Shown here: positions 21,570-31,051 of the stretch, one piece after another
How the letters are laid out: each line of letters starts with the position of its first letter
Position numbering within the stretch: the stretch's first letter is position 1
Assembly: GCA_963667035.1 (NCBI GenBank)
Contig: OY762964.1
Location: 2,304,001-2,368,000 of the forward strand
DNA length: 64,000 bases
Reading direction: 5' to 3'
Source of the DNA: Candidatus Cloacimonadales bacterium
GTDB taxonomy: Bacteria; Cloacimonadota; Cloacimonadia; Cloacimonadales; JAFGVF01
Notes under the pieces: generated by a model
Database searches by the model: none
What the model was told of the DNA's origin: nothing
The model's input: the letters and a program-made list of their open reading frames with translations, nothing else
Translations under genes and position numbers: made by a program

Positions 21570-23297
21570 TTAAACTATTACATCATATGTAATGCCATGC
21601 AATCTTTTATATTCTTCATCAGCTCTTCTATTTGTCATTCCAGCAATATAGTCACATATAGTTCTCATTATAGCTGCCTTAAAAATGTCATTGTCTGAGA
21701 AAAGATGTGCATTCAGAATATTTCTCAATTCACCAACTTTTGGACTCTTTTCAAAAGTTATCGAATTATAATACTTCTGTTGAGTAAGTCTATTCTGTTT
21801 AATTAAGCTTATTAGGTTATTACTAGTATCATTACGTGCCTCTAGTATATTTAAAATTTGCTCATGCTCTACTTTGTTAGAGAATTTTAATCGTTTTCGT
21901 AATCTTTGTACTATGTATAAAGGTTCATGAATGTATGTTTCACTTTCTTTTGATTTATATAATTTGCGGAATGTTTTAACATAAACAGTTTGATGTTGAT
22001 ATTTTTCATGTTCAACATACTTGTTTACTGCATCAAAAATGCATTCATTTAGATAGTTGATAAATAATTGTATAACTGTGCTATCTGGCAATTGTTGTGG
22101 ATTGACAACAAGTGCTGCAAATACTTTTTTAAGCACATATTGACATCTTCCATTCATAACTTGCACTTTATGAGAGTTAACAATTAAATTCATCATTTTT
22201 TTTTGCATCACATTATCATTGATAAAGAAACTATCTGTGAATATGTTTTTTTGTATCATTTCCACAGAGGTTTTTTCCTCAACAAAACGAGCAACCAGAT
22301 CTTCTAGATTTCCATATTCTTTATCAATCTTCTCGAAATATGTATTAAAAGCCTCTAGAGTTTTTTCAACGTATAAATCAACAATAAAACTAGATATTAT
22401 CTGCATAAAATCAGTAGTATTAAGCTTACATAGTGTTGTTGCACTTCCATACTTTTTAATTAAATTCTTATGATGATTCCCTTTCAACTCTTTTATCAAT
22501 TCAATAATTTCCTTATGAGAAATAATTCTTTCATGAAGACCATCTTCAATATCATGATGCCTTTGAGCAATCTCGTCAGAATATGTAACAACAATCGCTT
22601 CAAAAGTAAAATAGTTAATAGAATTGAATCTTATTTGATATCTTTTTTCATAATAGTCCATGTCAAACGCTACATCGCATTTTGATCCATTTCCCTTGTG
22701 ACAACTCTTTTTATCTTTACTTGCATAAAAACACTTTTCAAAATTAAGTACAGAATGATTAAGTATTCCCCATATAGTCTGATAATTTAAATTTAATCCT
22801 TTGTTACCTTTATGACTAATCAAATCTACAACATTTCGAACACTTTGCCAATTATGCTTATAACCTCTTGTGCTTAAATCTTTTTCTCTATCAAATATCT
22901 TGTTAAAATCTGCAGGAATATCTTCGCAACAACCATGCATGATATTGTTTAGCGTAGCTTCGCCCATATGTCCAAATGCTGTATGTCCAATATCATGTCC
23001 TAATGCTATTGCTTCTGCAATTTCTTCATTTAAACCAAGTGTTTTGCATATAGTTGTAGCTATTTGGGCTACTTCAATAGAGTGAGTCATTCTGTTTCTA
23101 ACATGATCATCCATATTTGTTAGAAATACTTGGGTTTTATCCATCATACGCCTAAAAGCTTTGGAATAAAGTATTCTATCCCTATCCTTCTGGAATGGAG
23201 ATCTAGCAATAAAGATTGTGTTTTTGTTTGTTGACTTGTTTGTTGATTTGTTAAATCGATCAACTTTAGTAAATGCAAACTTTTCCCATTTAGCCAT
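21570..23297 (-). CDS. dgt: dGTP triphosphohydrolase (HD-domain dNTPase), long form
   Basis: 'RSPFQKDRDRILYSKAFRRMMDKTQV', 'RNRMTHSIEV', 'GHDIGHTAFGH', 'DEIAQRHHDIEDG', 'DYIAGMT'. Confidence 0.9.
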   Translation of the reverse strand: MAKWEKFAFTKVDRFNKSTNKSTNKNTIFIARSPFQKDRDRILYSKAFRRMMDKTQVFLTNMDDHVRNRMTHSIEVAQIATTICKTLGLNEEIAEAIALGHDIGHTAFGHMGEATLNNIMHGCCEDIPADFNKIFDREKDLSTRGYKHNWQSVRNVVDLISHKGNKGLNLNYQTIWGILNHSVLNFEKCFYASKDKKSCHKGNGSKCDVAFDMDYYEKRYQIRFNSINYFTFEAIVVTYSDEIAQRHHDIEDGLHERIISHKEIIELIKELKGNHHKNLIKKYGSATTLCKLNTTDFMQIISSFIVDLYVEKTLEAFNTYFEKIDKEYGNLEDLVARFVEEKTSVEMIQKNIFTDSFFINDNVMQKKMMNLIVNSHKVQVMNGRCQYVLKKVFAALVVNPQQLPDSTVIQLFINYLNECIFDAVNKYVEHEKYQHQTVYVKTFRKLYKSKESETYIHEPLYIVQRLRKRLKFSNKVEHEQILNILEARNDTSNNLISLIKQNRLTQQKYYNSITFEKSPKVGELRNILNAHLFSDNDIFKAAIMRTICDYIAGMTNRRADEEYKRLHGITYDVIV

Positions 23298-23410
23298 ACA
23301 TACTCCTTTATTTCAAAAAGGTAAGTAATTTAATATAATGTCAAGATATTTGTTAAAAAAATGTTAAGTATTTATATTTGTGTGACTATTTATAATTATA
23401 TATTACTTTA

Positions 23411-23851
23411 CTACTTGATTATCACATTCAATTCCTGATACCGACTTACTACAGGTAACAACTGATTATCAATAGCTTCTTTAATAGAGCGAACAGGTAG
23501 TTCTTCAGTCATGATTTGCTCAATCGTTAGAGTTTTAAGATTCACAGATGGATGTGTATCTCTAAGAGCGTACATCATTTGGGTGATGCATGTATAGGCT
23601 TGCATTCCTCTACCGATATTCTCCAAACTCAGATTAAACCTGTCAGCATAATTACTTAAATCCTCAACATAACCTTCATTAGCTATGTGATAGATACTGC
23701 TCAGATTCTTTGTGATACTCCCAAACTCATGATTATTCTGGTTTAACATACAAACGAGACCAACAAGCCCCGACTTCTTCTCAATACAAAGCACAAGCTT
23801 CCAGAGCCTTCCCGATAAGCCTTCCAAGATTGGCAACAAACTCAATTTCAT
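23411..23851 (-). CDS. Hypothetical protein, possibly an eroded member of a lineage-specific multicopy family
   Basis: 146-aa ORF with SD-like AAGGGGAG; N-terminal 'GLSGRL..LV' and C-terminal 'LPVRSIKEAIDNQLLPVV'. No functional motif recognised. Confidence 0.55.
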   Translation of the reverse strand: MKLSLLPILEGLSGRLWKLVLCIEKKSGLVGLVCMLNQNNHEFGSITKNLSSIYHIANEGYVEDLSNYADRFNLSLENIGRGMQAYTCITQMMYALRDTHPSVNLKTLTIEQIMTEELPVRSIKEAIDNQLLPVVSRYQELNVIIK

Positions 23852-23873
23852 TTTCTTCTCCCTTTGTTTTTAT

Positions 23874-23929
23874 TTGGAACGCAGACATCCTTGTCTGCAA
23901 ATAGATGCAGGCTGGAAGCCTGCGGTCCC
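23874..23929. repeat. REP-like inverted doublet
   Basis: ggaacgcagacatccttgtctgca + tgcaggctggaagcctgcggtccc; the first arm is nearly identical to 20745-20768. Confidence 0.75.
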
Positions 23930-23985
23930 TAAACTCAACCATTACGAAGGTACATATGATACTTCATCAACTTACTTCTTTCATT

Positions 23986-24020
23986 CACCATTTAGCATTT
24001 TGCATTTTGCATTTTGCATT
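23986..24020. repeat. 7-bp tandem array (NNNCATT)
   Basis: caccatt tagcatt ttgcatt ttgcatt ttgcatt. Confidence 0.8.
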
Positions 24021-24023
24021 TTT

Positions 24024-24183
24024 AATCCCGATTTTCTCCCGTTTTGCACTTGAGCAACAAAGTCTGAATTGAGATATAACACTCCCAAACATCTTACTAA
24101 TTTCCAACTCCAAAATCATGTTTTGAGTAAGTGTTGAGTAAGAGATAAGTAAGGATTGAGTCAATATTGCTCATGGGAGTAAC
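24024..24183. repeat. Inverted 11-bp phased array
   Basis: 'agt' cores at 24126, 24137, 24148 and 24159 (ttgagtaag-like units); mirrored 'act' at 24096 and 24107; axis near 24117. Confidence 0.65.
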
Positions 24184-24353
24184 GTGGGGGTGGAGGGATA
24201 ATTGAAGCAAAATTCAAATTTTCAGTATTTTTCTATTGACTTGTTAAAGTTTATATTGGTATTGATAGATTCAAGTTCGATGGAGGAAGAAAGCTCTCAA
24301 GAACCAGAGTGAAAAAGGGCAAAACCAGAGTTATATATAGTAGAAGCATGATA

Positions 24354-24398
24354 AATGCTAAATTATAAATGTTAAATGCTGAATGCAAAATGAAATGT
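24354..24398. repeat. 7-bp tandem array, inverted relative to 23986-24020
   Basis: aatgcta aattata aatgtta aatgctg aatgcaa. Confidence 0.75.
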
Positions 24399-24468
24399 AA
24401 TCCTACTTCGCTAAAGCTTCAACCTTAAATAAGGCTACGGCTCGATAAACGCCCTGCTTCTATAGCTC

Positions 24469-24558
24469 AAGTCTAAGCGAACAGCGGGAGCTCGACTCAA
24501 GGCAGAACATGGCATAAGCGCTTTAATCTGCTTCGGAGTAACCCGTTAATCAAGACTC
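24469..24558. ncRNA. Candidate structured RNA (long interrupted hairpin), family unknown
   Basis: Nested pairings AGUCU/AGACU, AGCGGG/CCCGUU, ACUC/GAGU, GGCAGA/UCUGCU in a GC-richer patch. Confidence 0.3.
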
Positions 24559-24645
24559 ATTATTATATCATAAAAAACAACATTGACAATAGATAGATGT
24601 AATTGCATATAAAGAGAGTAAACTAAATCAAAAATCAATTCCTGC

Positions 24646-24762
24646 TTGACACATAATAAAACTGATTATAAATGCATAACACTAAAGGTTTGAACCGCTA
24701 CTGTTTAATGTACCGACTTACTAACTTATAATAATTCAATCAGATAGCGTAAAATCAAGCCT
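24646..24762 (+). promoter_or_regulatory. Putative fusA promoter and structured leader
   Basis: TTGACA at 24646 with TATAAA at 24667 (short spacer); stem aggtttga/tcaagcct plus cgcta-ctg/cag-a-tagcg ending just before the SD. Confidence 0.4.
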
Positions 24763-24776
24763 AAAAGCAGGAGAAA

Positions 24777-26873
24777 ATGTCTACTACAGATTTAAGCAAA
24801 ATTCGTAACATTGGAATTATGGCTCACATTGATGCCGGTAAAACAACAACTACCGAGAGAATCCTATTCTATTCAGGTGTGCTTAGAAGAATGGGTGAAG
24901 TGCATGACGGCAATGCATATACTGACTGGATGGATCAGGAAAGAGAAAGAGGTATTACAATAACTTCTGCGACCGTTAGCTGTTTTTGGAACGATCACAC
25001 TATAAATATTATTGATACACCGGGGCATGTTGACTTCACAGCGGAAGTTGAACGCTCCTTAAGAGTACTGGACGGAGCTGTAGGCGTCTTCTGTGCCGTT
25101 GGAGGTGTTGAGCCTCAATCCGAAACCGTCTGGCATCAGGCAAATCGTTATCATGTTCCCCGCATTGCTTTTGTGAATAAACTTGATCGTATGGGAGCTG
25201 ACTTTGAACATGCTGTAAGCATGATGAGAGAACGTTTAACCGACCATGCCACTCCTATACAGCTTCCAATCGGAGAAGAGGAAAACTTCTCTGACATTAT
25301 TGATATTATCACTATGCAAGCCTACGAGTTTGATAATGATAATCAAGGTTTAGACGTAAAAGTGAAAGCAATACCTGAAGAGGAACTGGAAAGAGCTATC
25401 TTTGCCAGAGAAGAGCTTATTGAGAAAATCTCTGAATACGACGATGAACTCATGGAGCTTTATCTCGAAGGAGAAGAGATTAGTACGGAATTAATCAAAC
25501 GTGCTATCAGAAACGGTGTCATCCATCACGGATTCGTACCTGTGCTTTGCGGTAGTTCACTCAAGAACAAGGGTGTTCAGCTACTTCTGAATGCTGTTAA
25601 TGACTACTTGCCTTCACCTTTAGATATCGGTGGCACAACCGGTCACGATCCTAAAACTGATAAAGAGATTGAAGTGCTTCCAAATGTGAACGGAAAGTTT
25701 GCCGCATTAGCTTTTAAGATTCAAGTTGATAAATACGTCGGAAAGCTTCTTTATATAAGAGTCTATAGAGGCAGAATCAAAAAAGGTGATACCTACTTGA
25801 ATCAGACTAACGGGAAGAAAGAACGTGTAGCGAGAATATTACAGATGCATTCAAATAAAAAGAACGATGTGGACGAACTGCATGCAGGAGATATTGGAGC
25901 AATTGTCGGTTCCAAGATTACTTTTACAGGTGATACAATAACCGATACGAGTTCTAACCTTATCATGCATAAGATGACTTTCCCCGATACTGTTATCTCA
26001 ATTGCGATTGAACCGAAATCCAAAGCGGATGAAGAAAGCTTAAACGATGCTTTGAGAAGACTTGAAGAGGAAGACCCGACCTTTAAAGTGCATACTGATA
26101 AAGATACAGGTCAGAACCTTATATCAGGTATGGGTGAATTACATCTGGAGATTATCATTGATAGATTGAAACGTGAGTTTAACGTTAATGCTAATGTCGG
26201 TACTCCGCAGGTTTCTTATAAAGAAACTATAACCAAACCTTTCGTAGTGGAAGAGACTTTCAATCGAGAGCTTGGAGGTAAGGGTAACTTTGCCCATGTC
26301 CGGTTTAGAGTATCTCCGATGAAAGAAGACGAGTTACCGGAAGGTGAAAAGAACCTTTTTGTTTCAAGTGTACCTTTCGATCAAATACCGGAAGAGTATC
26401 AGACTGCTATCAAAGACAGTGCTTTAAATACTTTAACGGATGGACCTCAGATAAGCGGTTTATGCGAAAGAGTGAAGATTGACTTGATTGGCGGAAGTTA
26501 TCATGATTTAGACTCTAATGAAACAGCTTACAGAATTGCAACATCAATGGCAATCGGTAATGCTCTGAGGTCAGCAAGTCCCATACTTATGGAACCTGTT
26601 ATGCTGTTAACAGTCATTACTCCCGAGGAATATGTTGGTGACATAATCTCTGATGTTAACTCCAAAAGAGGAAGAATCGAAATTATCAGAACCGATAGTA
26701 ACGATAAAAACGAGATTGTATGTGATGTACCTATGAGTGAGTTGTTCGGTTATGCTACAAGAGTTAGAACTCTCAGTTCAGGAAGAGCAATATATACACT
26801 TGAGTTTAAGAAATATGAAATTGTCCCGGCTACTATTCAGGAAAAGCTGATTAAGAAGTTTAGAGGATATTAA
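24777..26873 (+). CDS. fusA: Elongation factor G (stand-alone, somewhat divergent)
   Basis: [23 protein letters not shown], 'GMGELHLEI'; full-length five-domain protein. Confidence 0.95.
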   Translation: MSTTDLSKIRNIGIMAHIDAGKTTTTERILFYSGVLRRMGEVHDGNAYTDWMDQERERGITITSATVSCFWNDHTINIIDTPGHVDFTAEVERSLRVLDGAVGVFCAVGGVEPQSETVWHQANRYHVPRIAFVNKLDRMGADFEHAVSMMRERLTDHATPIQLPIGEEENFSDIIDIITMQAYEFDNDNQGLDVKVKAIPEEELERAIFAREELIEKISEYDDELMELYLEGEEISTELIKRAIRNGVIHHGFVPVLCGSSLKNKGVQLLLNAVNDYLPSPLDIGGTTGHDPKTDKEIEVLPNVNGKFAALAFKIQVDKYVGKLLYIRVYRGRIKKGDTYLNQTNGKKERVARILQMHSNKKNDVDELHAGDIGAIVGSKITFTGDTITDTSSNLIMHKMTFPDTVISIAIEPKSKADEESLNDALRRLEEEDPTFKVHTDKDTGQNLISGMGELHLEIIIDRLKREFNVNANVGTPQVSYKETITKPFVVEETFNRELGGKGNFAHVRFRVSPMKEDELPEGEKNLFVSSVPFDQIPEEYQTAIKDSALNTLTDGPQISGLCERVKIDLIGGSYHDLDSNETAYRIATSMAIGNALRSASPILMEPVMLLTVITPEEYVGDIISDVNSKRGRIEIIRTDSNDKNEIVCDVPMSELFGYATRVRTLSSGRAIYTLEFKKYEIVPATIQEKLIKKFRGY

Positions 26874-26894
26874 TAAAGTTTAAAGGGTATACCC

Positions 26895-26924
26895 GGCATC
26901 CTCGTTATCGGGGGTGCCTTTTTT
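26895..26924 (+). terminator. Intrinsic terminator after fusA
   Basis: ggcatcctcg-ttat-cgggggtgcc-tttttt. Confidence 0.75.
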
Positions 26925-26937
26925 ATTATATAAAGCA

Positions 26938-26972
26938 AATAGCAAAGAGCATAATAATAACTCTTTGCTATT
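26938..26972 (-). terminator. Hairpin downstream of the THUMP methyltransferase
   Basis: aatagcaaagag...ctctttgctatt. Confidence 0.55.
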
Positions 26973-26993
26973 CAGTTGTCTTGTATGTGAATA

Positions 26994-28145
26994 TTAGTAA
27001 AGTTTAAGTTTAACTATCTGGGTCTCGATGTCTGCATTCTTAAAGCGTCTTGTTCTATCCGCTCTTAGTCTTAACTCTGAAGCAAGTTCTTTGTTCCCCG
27101 CCAAAACATAAGCGGTTGAGCCTTTACATTTCTGTTTAAAGAAATCCCCGAGCTCGTTGTAAAGCTTTTTTACTCCGGAATCGTCTCCAAGTCTGACTCC
27201 ATAAGGTGGATTAGTTATAATAGTGCTATTCTCAATTGGCGGAAGAGCTCTAAAATCCTTTCTAATCACCTCTACCCTATCACCGTAAGGTAATACGGAT
27301 AGATTGTTAATACATCTCTCAACAGCCATATCAGAAACATCGCTTCCATATATCAAATCTTGGGGTAGCTCTCTAATCCGGGAATTAGCTTTTTCAACTA
27401 CTTCTTTAAATAGTCTTTCACTATAATCCGGTAAATGGTTGACTCCCCATTTCTTTCTCAAATAACCTGCCGGGATTCTGCAATAGAGCATCAGAGCTTC
27501 TGCTAACAATGTTCCTGAACCACAAAAAGGGTCGATAAGAGGTCTTTCTCCTTCCCATTTGGAGTATCTGATAATGGCAGCGCCTAAGGTCTCCTGCAAG
27601 GGGGCGAGAACTCCTCTACTTCTGTAACCTCTTTTGTGCATTGAAGTAAGAGATAAATCAAGCCCGATATTGACTCTGTTTCTATGAATATGAAGAGAAA
27701 ATCTGACATCGGGTTCCTTCTGGTCGTAATCAGGTCTCTTGTCATACTTCTTTCTGAATTGATCAACAATAGCATCCTTCATAACCTGACCCGCATAATG
27801 AGAATGCTTAATCTTACTATCAGAGACATTAGCATTAATGGCAAAAGATTCTTCGAGAGAAAATATCTCAGACCAATCAATATTGCCTGTTTGACTATAA
27901 AGATACTTCTCGCTATGGCAATCAAAACTAATCAGAGGTGCAATAATACGAGTAGCTAGTCTTGATTGATATAGAATTCGATACAGAGATTCTTTATCCG
28001 CTTTAAAGCTTAAACCTCGATAAATAGGTTGAACCTCCTTAGCTCCAAGTTCAGCAAATTCAAGAGATGTCATATCCTCCATGTAATTAGCTGTCTGGGC
28101 AAAGTACTGATTGTATCTTTGATACTCGTATTTATTCTTTTTCAT
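26994..28145 (-). CDS. THUMP-domain class I SAM-dependent RNA methyltransferase (RlmL-like)
   Basis: 'SMHKRGYR', 'APLQETL', 'DPFCGSGT', 'TNPPYG'. Confidence 0.88.
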   Translation of the reverse strand: MKKNKYEYQRYNQYFAQTANYMEDMTSLEFAELGAKEVQPIYRGLSFKADKESLYRILYQSRLATRIIAPLISFDCHSEKYLYSQTGNIDWSEIFSLEESFAINANVSDSKIKHSHYAGQVMKDAIVDQFRKKYDKRPDYDQKEPDVRFSLHIHRNRVNIGLDLSLTSMHKRGYRSRGVLAPLQETLGAAIIRYSKWEGERPLIDPFCGSGTLLAEALMLYCRIPAGYLRKKWGVNHLPDYSERLFKEVVEKANSRIRELPQDLIYGSDVSDMAVERCINNLSVLPYGDRVEVIRKDFRALPPIENSTIITNPPYGVRLGDDSGVKKLYNELGDFFKQKCKGSTAYVLAGNKELASELRLRADRTRRFKNADIETQIVKLKLY

Positions 28146-28158
28146 TGTATTCCTGCTT

Positions 28159-28886
28159 TTATAATAAGTCTATCTCCACAAATATTTGTCTTACAAAGAT
28201 GGCAAACAAAATCGCTAAAAGGAAGCTAATTAATGTTCCGATAAGGACATATTCAACACGTTTATCAGTGCGATATCGCAACCAAGATTTGATTGTTAGA
28301 AGAAACCCAACGCCTAACGGTTGGTTGATTATGATGAGAGTAAGAATGATAAGTCTTTCTGTAATTCCAATGATTGCTCCACTATGCTTCACTGAGTCTT
28401 TGAACTCATCCTCGTGCTCAGGATTCTCTTCAATTATGTAATCCATAAGCTTAATAATAAACACTTTTGAGAAACCGGTCACACCAATTACACCGATAAG
28501 GGCTATCAGTATTATGTGAAACATTCCTAACAACTCATCATAGAAGATTTGAACATTAATCTTTGCAAGTGCTGATATAGCTAACAAGGCACTCAAATGC
28601 AATACTTGATCTATGATAAAGAGTTTGTACTCGGTGTAGCTTTTCGCTTCTAACTTAACAATAGTAAAGTCAATGATAAGATGCTGAGAAAACGCTAATG
28701 GTAAAACAAGTAGAAGGTTATCAACTTCAAATAGCAGCATGACACAGGTAGTAATGATTGAATGAATCAAAGTGTGTAGAAGAAGGTATCTGAACTTCTC
28801 TTTTTCTTCCTTACTAGAGTGTCAGATTGTAACCAGAAATCTGCGATAAAGTGCACAGACAATAATAGTACATAAACCTCTAACAT
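28159..28886 (-). pseudogene. DUF3307-family membrane protein with a 1-nt frameshift
   Basis: ATG 28886 gives MLEVYVLLLSVHFIADFWLQSD..., which continues in another frame as KEKFRYLLLHTLIHSII...'IIDQVLH'...'GITER'...'EYVLIGTL'. Shift near the A-run at about 28800-28810. Confidence 0.75.
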
Positions 28887-28916
28887 AGTGTAATATCCTT
28901 TATTGTTTCATATATG

Positions 28917-28973
28917 AATATACAACCTCCAGAGGTTGTAAATGCCAGATACAAACTATGGAGTTTGTATATT
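28917..28973. repeat. Double-hairpin REP-like element
   Basis: tacaacctc-ca-gaggttgta and atacaaact-atgg-agtttgtat, with terminal inverted aatatacaa/ttgtatatt. Confidence 0.65.
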
Positions 28974-29208
28974 ACTTTTCTAATTTAAGCATAAACTCTT
29001 GTATATCATTCCAATAACAGTTTTCTAAGATGTTTGAAAAAGCTTGCTGAGACGCTGACTGAGTTGTTACTCCCTTCTGACTAAAAATATTGCTAATTTC
29101 TAATTGAGTTATTCCTAACAAAGCATAAGAAAAAACATTCGTCTGCTTCTGTGTTTGCTTCTGGATCAAAAGATCAAGGAATCTAATGTTGTTTCTCATA
29201 CATGCCAC
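28972..29208 (-). pseudogene. C-terminal fragment of a SatD-family protein
   Basis: 'QTQKQ...LLGITQLEIS...QS...WNDI' HTH-like tail; sits directly upstream of DUF3307, its usual partner. Confidence 0.5.
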
Positions 29209-29371
29209 AATCGTTCCCGTTATCTTTCAAACACAAGTTTAAGAAGAGCTCAGAATCAACTACTAAAAGAAGTATTGATTCACTAACCTAAAAAAGATTT
29301 GACACTAAATCCAAGAGTTAGCCAAGTTGACGGTAGAGATTTAAGAAATCAATATATAACAGGAGGAAACG

Positions 29372-30988
29372 ATGGGAATCGTACCCAAGCCTTACAATGA
29401 ACCAATCATGCCTTATGCCCCAGGCAATCCTGAAACAATTAAACTTACTGAGACTTTAGAGAAGATGTCTAAAGAGAAAATCGAAATTCCATTGATTATC
29501 GGAGGAAAAGAGGTAAGAACCGGTAATATGGGAAAATGTGTTGAACCACATAATCATAAAAATGTCATTGCAGAATATCATAAAGCAGGAACCAAAGAAG
29601 TAGAAATGGCTATCGAAGCAGCCATGAAAGCTAAAGTTGAATGGGAAAAAACTCCTTATACAATGCGTGCCGCTATCTTCTTAAAAGCTGCTGAGCTTCT
29701 TGCAACTAAATATCGTTTTGTTGTTAATGCTGCAACTATGTTGAACCAATCAAAGAATCCTTTCCAGGCTGAGATTGATAGTGCATGTGAACTTGCAGAT
29801 TTCTGGCGTTTCAACGCTTATTACATGGAACAGATTTATGAAGATCAAGACCTTATCAATCCAAAAGGTATGTGGAATCGCTTAGAGTTCCGTCCTCTTG
29901 AAGGTTTCGTATTTGCAGTAACACCGTTTAACTTTACTTCTATTGCAGGTAACCTTCCTACAGCTCCTGCTATAATGGGTAACGTGGCAATCTGGAAACC
30001 TGCTTCTACTGCAGTTTATTCAGGTTACTATTTAATGAAACTTCTCCAGGAAGCCGGTGTTCCTGACGGTGTTATTAACTTCGTACCGGGATCAGGTAGT
30101 CAGGTTGGTGACCCAGTTATGGCTAGCGAACACTTTGCAGGTATCCACTTCACAGGTTCAACCGAAGTTTTCCAGAACATGTGGAAGCTTATTGGTAACA
30201 ACATCCATAAGTATCGCTCATATCCAAGAATCGTTGGTGAGACCGGTGGTAAAGACTTTATCTTTGCTCATAAATCAGCTCAGGTACGCCCTCTTGCAAT
30301 AGCTGCTTTACGTGGTGCTTTCGAATATCAAGGACAAAAATGTTCTGCTGCTTCAAGAATGTATGTTCCTACTTCTATCTGGGATGAGTTTGTTAGTGAA
30401 CTTACAACAGAGCTTAAAACAGTGAAAATGGGATCAGTACATGACTTCAGTAACTTTGTTAATGCTGTAATAGACAAAAACAGTTTCGATAACTGTGTCT
30501 CTTATATCGAACATGCTAAGAAAGCCGATGATGCAGAAATCGTATTCGGTGGACAGTATGACGACAGTGTTGGATATTTCGTGCAACCAACCGTTATCAA
30601 GACATCAAATCCTAAGTTCAAATCAATGGAAGAAGAGATTTTCGGACCTATCTTGACTATCTATGTTTATGAAGATGAGAAGTATGAAGAAACTCTTAAG
30701 CTTTGTGATGAGACTTCTCCTTATGCTCTTACCGGAGCAATCTGGGGACAAGACAGATATGCAGTGCAAAAAGGTATTGATGCTCTTACTCATACAGCAG
30801 GTAACTTCTACATTAACGATAAGCCAACCGGAGCAGTTGTCGGTCAACAACCATTCGGTGGTGCTCGTGGTTCAGGTACAAATGACAAAGCCGGTTCTGC
30901 TCTCAACCTTATGCGTTGGGTTTCAGTCAGGACTATCAAAGAAACTTTCGTACCAGCAACAGACTATCGCTATCCTTTCATGGGATAA
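29372..30988 (+). CDS. pruA: Delta-1-pyrroline-5-carboxylate dehydrogenase
   Basis: 'FTGST', 'GETGGKD', 'EYQGQKCSAASR', 'EEIFGP', 'QQPFGGARGSGTNDKAG'. Confidence 0.95.
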   Translation: MGIVPKPYNEPIMPYAPGNPETIKLTETLEKMSKEKIEIPLIIGGKEVRTGNMGKCVEPHNHKNVIAEYHKAGTKEVEMAIEAAMKAKVEWEKTPYTMRAAIFLKAAELLATKYRFVVNAATMLNQSKNPFQAEIDSACELADFWRFNAYYMEQIYEDQDLINPKGMWNRLEFRPLEGFVFAVTPFNFTSIAGNLPTAPAIMGNVAIWKPASTAVYSGYYLMKLLQEAGVPDGVINFVPGSGSQVGDPVMASEHFAGIHFTGSTEVFQNMWKLIGNNIHKYRSYPRIVGETGGKDFIFAHKSAQVRPLAIAALRGAFEYQGQKCSAASRMYVPTSIWDEFVSELTTELKTVKMGSVHDFSNFVNAVIDKNSFDNCVSYIEHAKKADDAEIVFGGQYDDSVGYFVQPTVIKTSNPKFKSMEEEIFGPILTIYVYEDEKYEETLKLCDETSPYALTGAIWGQDRYAVQKGIDALTHTAGNFYINDKPTGAVVGQQPFGGARGSGTNDKAGSALNLMRWVSVRTIKETFVPATDYRYPFMG

Positions 30989-31002
30989 AATTATAAAACT
31001 GA

Positions 31003-31028
31003 AAAGGGTAGCAGAAATGCTACCCTTT
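31003..31028. terminator. Bidirectional terminator
   Basis: aaagggtagca-gaaa-tgctaccctt. Confidence 0.8.
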
Positions 31029-31051
31029 GTCATATATATTTATTTACATGT

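Noticed and set aside
24469..24558. SRP RNA (ffs) or 6S RNA
   Set aside because: Lacks the conserved SRP helix-8 tetraloop/internal-loop motif and is too short for typical 6S; kept only as an unknown candidate.
26994..28145. Plus-strand ORF suggested by the track label
   Set aside because: The protein reads on the minus strand (ATG complement at 28143-28145), so it is annotated as minus.
28145..28441. 98-aa plus-strand ORF and similar antisense ORFs inside ftsH, rpoB, rpoC, tuf and rplL
   Set aside because: Shadow frames of well-supported genes on the opposite strand or in another frame.
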